Translations under genes and position numbers: made by a program
Source of the DNA: Cyanophyceae cyanobacterium
Lineage (GTDB): Bacteria > Cyanobacteriota > Cyanobacteriia > Cyanobacteriales > Laspinemataceae
Assembly: GCA_038321985.1 (NCBI GenBank)
Contig: JBBQFN010000003.1
Coordinates: forward strand, 128,001 to 192,000
Direction: 5' to 3'
DNA length: 64,000 nucleotides
Part shown: positions 16,874-26,212 of the stretch, piece after piece
Layout: every line of letters starts with the position of its first letter
How positions within the stretch are numbered: the first letter of the stretch is position 1
The notes under the pieces: model-generated
Databases searched by the model: none
The model's input: only the letters and a program-made list of their open reading frames with translations
Told to the model about the DNA's origin: nothing

Positions 16874-17701
16874 GTTAATCCCTATCAATTCCCCGCAAGG
16901 GGACGGAAACAGGGCCTCTTTTGGCGAAGAGGCGTTGATGTAATAGCCTTGACCCGAGTTAATCCCTATCAATTCCCCGCAAGGGGACGGAAACTTAGTA
17001 AGAGCTTTCTGGAACTTAATTACATAAGCAGTTAATCCCTATCAATTCCCTGCAAGGGGACTGAAACAGGTAAATTTCACTACTACTGAAATTTTTGTGG
17101 CCTAGCCAATTCTGAATAAGTTAATCCCTATCAATTCCCCGCAAGGGGATGGAAACCAGTATTGACTGCCATCGGCGTTGGTCATCGTCTTACACCCCTG
17201 TTAATTCCTATCAATTCCCCACAAGGGGACGGAAACTCTACCATCTCGATTGCTGCATCGACCATTTCGGCGACGTCGGTCACTTGGTTAATCCCTATCA
17301 ATTCCCTGCAAGGGGACGGAAACACGACCTTGGCATGACAAGGAGAGGGCAAGCGAACGGCTGTGCTTAATCCCTATCAATTCCCCGCAAGGGGACGGAA
17401 ACCCAAAGTTATCGTAATCGTGGATAGCCCATTCCTCAGTTAATTCCTATCAATTCCCCACAAGGGGACGGAAACACGTATTGTGTATTGCCGCACCCGG
17501 CGTAGCCCTGAACCAGCAGTTAATTCTTATCCATTCCCCGCAAGGGGACGGAAACTACTCCAGCCCCAGTAACTTCTGTATCTTGGTATATCGTTAATCA
17601 CTATCAATTCCCCGCAAGGGGACGGAAACAGGAACTTGGGCATCTTAGCCCCATCATTCAGAGTGTTAATCCCTATCAATTCCCCGCAAGGGGACGGAAA
17701 C
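16874..17701 (+). CRISPR. Type III CRISPR array, 11 repeats / 10 spacers
   Basis: 37-nt repeat GTTAATCCCTATCAATTCCCCGCAAGGGGACGGAAAC starting at 16874, 16958, 17031, 17120, 17200, 17287, 17366, 17439, 17519, 17593, 17665; spacers 35-52 nt; 8-nt tag ACGGAAAC. Confidence 0.98.
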
Positions 17702-18004
17702 TTCAGATTGTGGTAACCGGGGTGGATAGCTGCGTTCTGGCTAACTGTAAGACAAAACCTCGGTGTTGCTTCTCGGTGTACAATGCTTGCGCTTTCAACC
17801 CATCGTTTCTCACTTAATGCCCTACCGAATCTTTACAAACAAAAAGGCAACGGGGTAAGCGCCTACAAATCAACATTAGCTTTTTTCAAAAATTTATACA
17901 AATTCTATACTTATGCATCCTCCACTTCTCTTCCTCTGGTGTATGGACAAGGGGGGAGAGGGGGTTTATTCTCTTAGGTAATCTCCGCCCTGGAGCAGGG
18001 GTGA

Positions 18005-21000
18005 ATGTTGACCGAATCGCCTGTGATGATGGGGTGTGCTTTACTGTTTTTTCAGATTACCGCAATGGAATCTAACTTTTTTCCCCCTTCTTTAACTCCC
18101 TCTGCTGAAGCTGTCAATCTCTCTCTGGAGACAGATGTATTTGTCTTTCCCACCTCTTTTGCTCAACAGCGATTGTGGTTGATTGACCAGTTGGCACCGT
18201 CCCAGTCGTTTTATAATGTCACCACGGCATTGCGGTTAACGGGATGGGTGAATTTAACCGCTTTAACTGATACTTTTACCGCCATTGCCAACCGTCATGA
18301 AGCGTTAAGAACCCGGTTTGCGGCAGTGGATGGGGAACCGATTCAGGTGATTGCACCGGAGGCGGAAATTCCTCTCAATTGGGTGGATTTAAGGGTGTTT
18401 CCTCCCGGGGAACGGGAAGCGGAAGCGCAACGATTGGCGGGGTTAGAAGCGGAACGGGAGTTTAATTTATCCACAGGTCCTTTAATGGGGGTGACCCTGT
18501 TGCAGTTAGGGGAGTTGGAGTGGATTTTACTGCTGAATCTGCACCACATTATTTCTGATGATTGGTCGATGGGGGTATTGATTCGAGAATGGGGAGAAAT
18601 TTATGGGGCATTGGTGGAAAATCGCCGGATTAATTTGCCAGAATTACCCTTGCAATATGCAGATTTTGCGGAATGGCAACGGGAGTGGTTTCAAGGAAAG
18701 GTTTTAGAGCAGCAGTTAGGCTATTGGCGGCAGCAATTACGGGGGATTGTTCCCATGAATTTAGCGGGAGATTTCCCCCCGTCTCCCCGACCTAGCTATC
18801 AGGGAGGTAGTCAACAAATTGAGCTATCTCCCGCTTTAACCCAGGGGTTAAAACGGTTATCCCAGGATGCGGGGGTGACTTTATTTATGACCCTGTTGGC
18901 GGGGTTTCAACTGCTGTTATCTCGCTACAGTCACCAGGCTGAGATTACCGTAGGTTCCCCGATCGCCAATCGAAATCGCAGTGAAATTGAGGGGTTGATT
19001 GGATTTTTTGTGAATAGTCTGGTGTTGCGGACCGATGTCTCCGGAAATCCCACGGTTCGGGAGTTATTGGCACGGGTGCGAGAGGTGACTTTAGGCGCTT
19101 ATGCTCACCAAGATTTACCCTTTGAAAAGTTGGTAGAGGCGTTACATCCGGACCGAGTTTTGAATGTTCATCCCCTGTTTCAGGTGGTGTTTAATTTACA
19201 AAATGCCCCGATGCAAGGGTTGGAATTGCCGGGGTTAACCGTGAGTTCCATGAGTTTAGGGGTGAAGACAACTCGCTTTGATTTGGAGGTGCATTTGTGG
19301 GAAGCATCAGACAGTTTTAGAAGTGTTTATGGTCAGGATTGGCAGCATCAGGATAGTCTTCGTGGGTTGGTGATTTACAATACAGATATATTTGAATCAG
19401 GGACGATCGCGCATATGTTAGAGCAGTTTAAAACCTTGTTAAAAAATATCCTTAAAAATCCTGATCAGCGGGTTGAACAGTTAGAATTAATCAGCGATGG
19501 GGAACGGGACCAAATTTTAATAGAATGGAATCAAACCCAAGCGGATTATCCAGTAGAAACAGCGATTCATGAGCTGTTTGAAGCACAGGTGGAGGCAAAT
19601 CCCCAGGCAGTGGCAGTGACAATGGAAGGGGAATCTTTAACTTACCAGGAACTGAACCAGCGTAGCAATCAATTGGCCCATTATTTACAACAATTGGGAG
19701 TGGGGGAGGAGGAGTTGGTAGGACTTTGTGCGGCTCGATCGCTAGATACAATTGTGGGAATGTTAGGGATTTTAAAGGCAGGGGGTGCTTATTTACCGTT
19801 AGACCCTACTTATCCCGGCGATCGCCTGAATTGGATGATGACAGATGCGGGAGTTCGCCTGTTGCTAGTTCCCGACGACTTACGCGATCGGTTTAACGGG
19901 TTTGGGGGGGTGATGGTAGGAGGCGATCGGGACTGGGAGGCAGTCACCCGGGAACCTGTGGAGAATCTCCCTCACTCCCCCGGTGGCAGTCGCCTTGCTT
20001 ATGTGATTTATACCTCCGGTTCGACAGGAATACCGAAAGGGGTAGCGGTTCCTCACAAGGCAGTGAATCGACTGGTTTTGAATACCAACTATATCAATAT
20101 TACCCCCACAGATACCCTTGCTCAAGTTTCTAATCTCTCCTTTGATGCCGCAACCTTTGAGATTTGGGGTGCTTTGCTCAAGGGCGCTCACTTGAGGGGA
20201 ATTAGTACAGAAATCACCCTTTCTCCTCACGATTTTGTCCGAGAATTGCGCCAGCAAAAGATTGATATTTTGTTTTTAACCACCGCCTTATTTCAGCAGG
20301 TTGTGCGGACTGTTCCCCAGGCATTTCAGTCTTTGCGGTGCTTGCTATTTGGGGGAGAAACCGTCGATCCCCGCTGGGTAAAAAAAGTCCTAAACCAGGG
20401 AATGCCGCAGCAGTTCATCCATGTTTACGGTCCCACAGAAAATACCACTTTTTCGACTTATTACCGAATAGAAGAGATGCCGGAACAGGCGAGTTCCGTC
20501 CCCATTGGCAAGGCAATAGCGAATACAGAACTTTATTTATTAGACCCGCACTTGCAACCTGTCGCCGTCGGTATTCCCGGAGAATTATACCTGGGTGGGG
20601 AGGGACTGGCAAGGGGTTATCTGAATCGTCCGGAATTAACCGAAGAACGCTTTATTCCTAATCCCTTTGGGAAACCGGGAACGCGACTTTATAAAACTGG
20701 GGATTTAGCCCGATATAAATCCAATGGGAATCTGGAGTTTTTAGGCCGAATTGACCATCAAGTGAAGATTCGGGGGTTCCGGATTGAATTAGGAGAAATT
20801 GAGGCGGTGGTGTGTCAATATTCTGGGGTTGCGGCTGCCGTGGCGATCGCCCGGGAAGAGATACCCGGAGATAAAGAATTGATTGCTTATGTTGTTCCCC
20901 ATAAACTAGATGGGAAATCTCCCCCGCTTAAAATTAGTGAATTGCGGCGCTTTTTGTCTGACAAATTACCCAGTTATATGGTACCCACCGCTTATGCCAT

Positions 21001-21391
21001 CCTGGAATCGTTACCTTTGACACCGAATGGAAAAATCAATCGCCAAGTCTTACCGGAGATAGATACATCTATCCATGAGCTACCGGACAATTATGTAGGC
21101 CCTCGAACTTCGGTGGAAGGGGTGCTGGTGGACATTTGGAGGCAAGTATTGGGAAAACAGCAAGTGAGTATTTATGATAATTTCTTTGAGTTAGGGGGAC
21201 ATTCTCTCCTAGCAACTCAGCTCATTTCACGAATTCGTGATGGGTTTAAAATTGAATTGCCCGTGAGTCAGTTATTTGAAGCGCCGACGGTGGCGAGTTT
21301 AGCCAATTATATTGAAACCGTTTGTTGGGCAGCAAAACAGCCAGAATTATCCAACCTAAATCGGGATACTAGAGAAGAGGTAGAATTTTGA
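18005..21391 (+). CDS. NRPS module C-A-T (A domain predicted Ile); probable start 18065
   Basis: C 'HHIISDD', A 'YTSGSTGIPKG/YGPTE/YKTGD', PCP 'GGHSL'; hand-read code DAFFLGVTFK. Confidence 0.92.
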   Translation: MLTESPVMMGCALLFFQITAMESNFFPPSLTPSAEAVNLSLETDVFVFPTSFAQQRLWLIDQLAPSQSFYNVTTALRLTGWVNLTALTDTFTAIANRHEALRTRFAAVDGEPIQVIAPEAEIPLNWVDLRVFPPGEREAEAQRLAGLEAEREFNLSTGPLMGVTLLQLGELEWILLLNLHHIISDDWSMGVLIREWGEIYGALVENRRINLPELPLQYADFAEWQREWFQGKVLEQQLGYWRQQLRGIVPMNLAGDFPPSPRPSYQGGSQQIELSPALTQGLKRLSQDAGVTLFMTLLAGFQLLLSRYSHQAEITVGSPIANRNRSEIEGLIGFFVNSLVLRTDVSGNPTVRELLARVREVTLGAYAHQDLPFEKLVEALHPDRVLNVHPLFQVVFNLQNAPMQGLELPGLTVSSMSLGVKTTRFDLEVHLWEASDSFRSVYGQDWQHQDSLRGLVIYNTDIFESGTIAHMLEQFKTLLKNILKNPDQRVEQLELISDGERDQILIEWNQTQADYPVETAIHELFEAQVEANPQAVAVTMEGESLTYQELNQRSNQLAHYLQQLGVGEEELVGLCAARSLDTIVGMLGILKAGGAYLPLDPTYPGDRLNWMMTDAGVRLLLVPDDLRDRFNGFGGVMVGGDRDWEAVTREPVENLPHSPGGSRLAYVIYTSGSTGIPKGVAVPHKAVNRLVLNTNYINITPTDTLAQVSNLSFDAATFEIWGALLKGAHLRGISTEITLSPHDFVRELRQQKIDILFLTTALFQQVVRTVPQAFQSLRCLLFGGETVDPRWVKKVLNQGMPQQFIHVYGPTENTTFSTYYRIEEMPEQASSVPIGKAIANTELYLLDPHLQPVAVGIPGELYLGGEGLARGYLNRPELTEERFIPNPFGKPGTRLYKTGDLARYKSNGNLEFLGRIDHQVKIRGFRIELGEIEAVVCQYSGVAAAVAIAREEIPGDKELIAYVVPHKLDGKSPPLKISELRRFLSDKLPSYMVPTAYAILESLPLTPNGKINRQVLPEIDTSIHELPDNYVGPRTSVEGVLVDIWRQVLGKQQVSIYDNFFELGGHSLLATQLISRIRDGFKIELPVSQLFEAPTVASLANYIETVCWAAKQPELSNLNRDTREEVEF

Positions 21392-24300
21392 ATACCCTTA
21401 AATTTTTATCAGAATTGCGCGAGTTAGATATTCATTTAACGGTAGAGGGCAGTCGTCTGATTTGCAAGGCCCCCGAAGGACGGTTGACTCCCGAATTACG
21501 GGATAAAATTTCTGATCATAAAGTCGATATTTTGGCCTTTTTTCAAGCAGCTAACCGGAGTGTTACGGAGACTCCTTTTATCCTCCAGCCGATTTCCCGA
21601 GAAGAAAATTTACCCCTTTCTTTTGCCCAACAAAGACTCTGGTTTTTAGATCAATTAGTGCCGAATAACCCCTTTTATAATATGCCGGCGGCAGTCCGTT
21701 TAGGGGGGAAGGTTAATTTAGAGGTCCTAGAAGCAGCTTTTAATGAAATCATGCGGCGTCATGAAGGGTTAAGAACTATTTTCCCCGAAGGGAATGGAGA
21801 AGGGATTCAAAAAATTAATCCTCACGTTACCCTTCCCCTTCATGTCCTAAACTTACAGAATTTATCCGCAGCGGAACGAGAGAAACAAGTAGAACGAATT
21901 ATCACTCATGAGGCGTTACGTCCGTTTAATTTATCCACGGGTCCTTTACTGCGGATTTCTTTAATTCAATTAGCAGAAATGGACTATTTGCTGATGCTGA
22001 ATATGCATCATATTATTTCCGATGGTTGGTCAATTGGGGTACTAATTCAGGAGTTGGGAATACTCTATGGGGCTTTTATCCAAGGGCAACCCTCACCGCT
22101 TCCAGAATTGGGGATTCAATATGCAGATTTTGCTCACTGGCAGCGCCAATGGTTGCAAGGGGAAATTTTAGAGCATCAGCTTGCCTATTGGCGGCAACAA
22201 TTAGAGGGGATTTCTATGCTGAATTTACCCAGCGATCGCCCTCGTGCTGCGGTTCAGAGTTATCGTGGAAAACGGCATGGGTTGCAGCTTTCCAAGGCAG
22301 TGAGTGAAGAATTAACCGCCTTGAGTCAGGGGGAAGGAGTCACTTTATTTATGACCTTGTTGGCGGCATTTCAAACCTTGTTGTACCGCTACACCCAACA
22401 AGAAGATATTGTTGTTGGTTCGCCCATTGCCAATCGCAATCGTAGTGAAATTGAACCCTTAATTGGATTTTTTGTCAATAGTTTAGTTTTACGCACCAAC
22501 TTATCCGGAAACCCTACATTTCGAGAAGTATTGGCCCGGGTTAAACAAGTGGCATTGGGGGCTTATGCACATCAAGATGTTCCTTTTGAGAAGTTAGTAG
22601 AAGAATTGCACCCCGAACGGTCATTAAATCACAATCCCCTGTTTCAAGTGGCGTTTGCGTTGCAAAATGCTCCAATGCAGGGGTTGGAATTACCAGGATT
22701 AAGTTTGAGCCCCCAACACTTAGAAGCGGGAACGGCGCGGTTTGATTTAGAGTTGCATTTATGGGAAAAATCCCCGGGTAACCCGATGTGGGTGGATAGT
22801 CGGGAAGGGATTAGCGGATTTGTGATTTATAGTACAGACTTATTTGATGAAGGGACGATTATCCGTTTAGTCGGTCATTTTCAAACCTTACTAGAAGGGA
22901 TTGTTACCAACCCCGATCAACGAATTGCAGATTTACCAATTTTAAGCGAAGCCGAACGGCAGCAATTGTTAGGGGAATGGAATCAAACTCAGGTAAAATA
23001 TCCCCAAAAATTACTACCGCATCAATTAGTAGAAATTCAGGCAGCACAAAATCCTGAAAGTATCGCTTTAGTTTCGGGTAATACCACCCTGACTTATGAG
23101 GAGTTAAATCATCGCAGTAACCAACTCGCTCATTACTTAAAAAAATTAGGAGTGGGTCCGGAAATTGTGGTGGGATTGTGCATCGATCGCACCTTGGAGA
23201 TGGCAGTTGCAATGCTGGGAATTTTCAAAGCCGGCGGCGCTTATCTACCCCTAGATCCAACGGTTCCTAGTAGTCGATTAAAGGGGATGTTAACCGATGC
23301 CAAAGTGGCCGTTTTACTCACCCAAGAGTCTGAATTGAGACGATTTAACTCCGGCGAATGTCCAGTGATTTGCCTAGATAAAGACAGGGACCGAATTAGC
23401 CAAGAAAGCCGGGAAAATTGCAGCAGTCAAATCACTTCAAATAGCCTCGCTTACGTTATCTATACCTCCGGTTCTACCGGCTATCCTAAAGGGGTAGAAA
23501 TTGAGCAAAAAAGTCTGTTAAATCTAATTTATTGGCATCACAAAACCTTTGCCGTTTCCTCCAGCGATCGCAGTACCCAGGTGGCGGGAGTTGCCTTTGA
23601 TGCCTGTGTATGGGAAATTTGGCCTTATTTAACCACAGGCGCTTGTATTTATATCGTGGATACCGAAACCCGGCGATCACCCGAAAAATTGCGGGATTGG
23701 TTAGTTGAAAAAGACATAACTCTTAGCTTTTTACCCACTCCATTAGCTGAGAAAGTATTACAATTAAACTGGCCGGAACATACCCCCTTGCGATACTTAC
23801 TCACTGGGGGAGAAACATTGCATCAGCATCCGTTACCCTCTCATCCCTTTCAGGTCGTGAATAATTACGGGCCCACAGAGAATACCGTAGTCACCACTTC
23901 CGGTATCATTCCGGTGGGAGAGGGAAGGCAGCTTGCGCCTGGAATTGGCAAAGCAGTCGCCAATACCCAACTCTATGTATGCGATCGGCACTTTCACCCC
24001 GTACCGATTGGCATTCCTGGCGAGTTATATATTGGCGGGGAGGGACTGGCGAGAGGGTATCGCAACCATCCCGAACTCACTGCCGAAAGATTTATACTTA
24101 ATCCCTTCCAGCCCGAATCAGGAGATTTACTCTACAAAACCGGCGATTTAGTGCGCTATCAACCCGATGGCAGTCTAGAGTTTTTGGGCCGTCTAGACGA
24201 ACAAGTAAAGATTCGCGGGTTCCGCCTCGAATTAGGAGAAATCGAGGCTATTTTAGCCCAACATCCCGGCGTAAATCAAACCGTTGTCACTGCCTCGGAA

Positions 24301-26106
24301 AATGACCGGGGAGAAACCCAATTAACCGCTTACATCGCACTTAAATTAGAAAATCCAGCAGCAGTTGAAACCCTGAGCCCCATCGCCTTGCAGGAAGAAC
24401 AAATCCGGCAATGGCAAATCCTCTATAATGAAACCTACAAACTGCCCGCCGTCGGTGTCGAACCCACTTTTAATATTGTAGGATGGAATAGCAGCTATAC
24501 CGGAGAACCAATACCCGTAACAGAAATGCGGGAATGGGTAGACAATCAAGCGGCCCAAATTTTAGCCCTCCAACCGAATCAAGTCTTAGAAATTGGCTGT
24601 GGGACTGGATTATTACTATTTAGAATTGCCCCCCACTGTACCGACTATTGCGGGACAGACTTTTCCCCCCCCTCCCTGAATTTTATTCGGAAGCATTTGG
24701 GGAATAGCAACTTAAAACAGGTGACATTACTGGAGAAGCTGGCGACAGATTTTGAGGGACTCGCACCCCAGAGTTTCGATATCGTGATTCTCAACTCAAT
24801 CGTGCAGTATTTCCCCAGTTTGGAGTATTTAATTCAGGTAATTGCGGGCGCAGTCACCGTCACCCAACCTGGGGGACGAATCTTCATCGGTGACTTGCGG
24901 AGTTTACCTCTCCTCAAAGCCTTTTATACTGATGTGGAACTGACTCGCGCCCAACCTTCGGTAACTCGTCAGCAGTTACAGCAACGGGTGGAAATGCAAC
25001 TCTTCCAAGAAGTAGAATTAGCCTTAGATCCCGCATTTTTTCCAGCTTTAAAATCGCGTATTCCTGAGATTGAGAAAGTCGAAATTCAACTGATGCGCGG
25101 TCAATTCAAAAATGAATTAACTCAATTTCGATATAATGCCATTCTCCATCTAGCCGAAGCCAAGATCAAGCCAAATTTAAACAAAACTCAGACTATCACC
25201 TGGCTAAATCAGGCGGGAAATAGTGACGATTGGACAGTTGCCAAACTCCGGCAGCATTTACTTGAAATTAAACCCGATATCTGTGGACTCTCTCTTATCC
25301 CCAATAGCCGCGTAATAGCCGCAGTTCAAGCCACAGAATGGCTGTTTAATTCAGGGAAGTTCAAAACGGCTGGTCAGTTAAAAAAGGCAGTTGAACCCCT
25401 GCAAAAATCAGGCATTAATCCAGAAGACTGGTATGGATTAGAACTTCCTTATCGCGTTCACATTCGCTGGTCCAATTCCACCCCAGAAGGGCGCTATGAT
25501 GTGGTATTCGTGCGAGAAGACATTACAGATTTTATCCTAGAAGCGAGTCAAAAATATAGTTCAGACTCCGCTTATGCTAACAATCCTTTACAAGGAAAAG
25601 CAGCGCGTCAATTCGTGCCTCAGTTGCGAGAGTATCTCACCCAAAAGTTACCGGATTATATGATACCTTCGGCATTTGTGGTGTTAGAGTCACTTCCCCT
25701 TACCCCGAATGGAAAAGTCGATCGCCACGCCTTACCCACTGCCACGGAAATCACCCCAGAATTGGCCGGGAGTTATACCCCCCCCCGTACTCCTCTAGAA
25801 GAACGCTTGGTGCAAATTTGGGCCGAAGTCTTGGGCGTAAAACAAGTGGGAATTTACGACAATTTTTTTGAATTAGGGGGACATTCATTACTTGCCACTC
25901 AACTCGCCTCCCGAGTTCGGGATGGGTTTGGGTTCGAGTTGCCCTTGAGAAGCGTATTTGAAGCGCCAACTATTGCCGAATTAGCGCCCCTGATTGAGGA
26001 GTTAAAGCAGCATAATTCCACCAGTCATGCACCTGCATTAGTTGCCGTTTCTCGGGAGAAGCGTCGTATGAAACTATCCTCATTAAACCCAGAAAGTAAA
26101 CACTAA
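21388..26106 (+). CDS. NRPS module docking-C-A(MT)-T (predicted N-methyl-Leu)
   Basis: TubC-like N-terminal docking domain, 'HHIISDG', code DAWFLGNVVK, embedded MT 'VLEIGCGTG...NSIVQYFP', PCP 'GGHSL'. Confidence 0.93.
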   Translation: MNTLKFLSELRELDIHLTVEGSRLICKAPEGRLTPELRDKISDHKVDILAFFQAANRSVTETPFILQPISREENLPLSFAQQRLWFLDQLVPNNPFYNMPAAVRLGGKVNLEVLEAAFNEIMRRHEGLRTIFPEGNGEGIQKINPHVTLPLHVLNLQNLSAAEREKQVERIITHEALRPFNLSTGPLLRISLIQLAEMDYLLMLNMHHIISDGWSIGVLIQELGILYGAFIQGQPSPLPELGIQYADFAHWQRQWLQGEILEHQLAYWRQQLEGISMLNLPSDRPRAAVQSYRGKRHGLQLSKAVSEELTALSQGEGVTLFMTLLAAFQTLLYRYTQQEDIVVGSPIANRNRSEIEPLIGFFVNSLVLRTNLSGNPTFREVLARVKQVALGAYAHQDVPFEKLVEELHPERSLNHNPLFQVAFALQNAPMQGLELPGLSLSPQHLEAGTARFDLELHLWEKSPGNPMWVDSREGISGFVIYSTDLFDEGTIIRLVGHFQTLLEGIVTNPDQRIADLPILSEAERQQLLGEWNQTQVKYPQKLLPHQLVEIQAAQNPESIALVSGNTTLTYEELNHRSNQLAHYLKKLGVGPEIVVGLCIDRTLEMAVAMLGIFKAGGAYLPLDPTVPSSRLKGMLTDAKVAVLLTQESELRRFNSGECPVICLDKDRDRISQESRENCSSQITSNSLAYVIYTSGSTGYPKGVEIEQKSLLNLIYWHHKTFAVSSSDRSTQVAGVAFDACVWEIWPYLTTGACIYIVDTETRRSPEKLRDWLVEKDITLSFLPTPLAEKVLQLNWPEHTPLRYLLTGGETLHQHPLPSHPFQVVNNYGPTENTVVTTSGIIPVGEGRQLAPGIGKAVANTQLYVCDRHFHPVPIGIPGELYIGGEGLARGYRNHPELTAERFILNPFQPESGDLLYKTGDLVRYQPDGSLEFLGRLDEQVKIRGFRLELGEIEAILAQHPGVNQTVVTASENDRGETQLTAYIALKLENPAAVETLSPIALQEEQIRQWQILYNETYKLPAVGVEPTFNIVGWNSSYTGEPIPVTEMREWVDNQAAQILALQPNQVLEIGCGTGLLLFRIAPHCTDYCGTDFSPPSLNFIRKHLGNSNLKQVTLLEKLATDFEGLAPQSFDIVILNSIVQYFPSLEYLIQVIAGAVTVTQPGGRIFIGDLRSLPLLKAFYTDVELTRAQPSVTRQQLQQRVEMQLFQEVELALDPAFFPALKSRIPEIEKVEIQLMRGQFKNELTQFRYNAILHLAEAKIKPNLNKTQTITWLNQAGNSDDWTVAKLRQHLLEIKPDICGLSLIPNSRVIAAVQATEWLFNSGKFKTAGQLKKAVEPLQKSGINPEDWYGLELPYRVHIRWSNSTPEGRYDVVFVREDITDFILEASQKYSSDSAYANNPLQGKAARQFVPQLREYLTQKLPDYMIPSAFVVLESLPLTPNGKVDRHALPTATEITPELAGSYTPPRTPLEERLVQIWAEVLGVKQVGIYDNFFELGGHSLLATQLASRVRDGFGFELPLRSVFEAPTIAELAPLIEELKQHNSTSHAPALVAVSREKRRMKLSSLNPESKH

Positions 26107-26212
26107 ATAGGTGGATTCCCTTAATAGCCCTAATTTCTGGCCTAGGCGGGAGTGATAGTTTTTATTCTCCTAAATTAATATCCGGATATAATTTATCTAC
26201 ACCTCCTTAATC

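Noticed and set aside
16850..17370. ORFs with repeated 'VNPYQFPARGRK'
   Set aside because: Translations of CRISPR repeats
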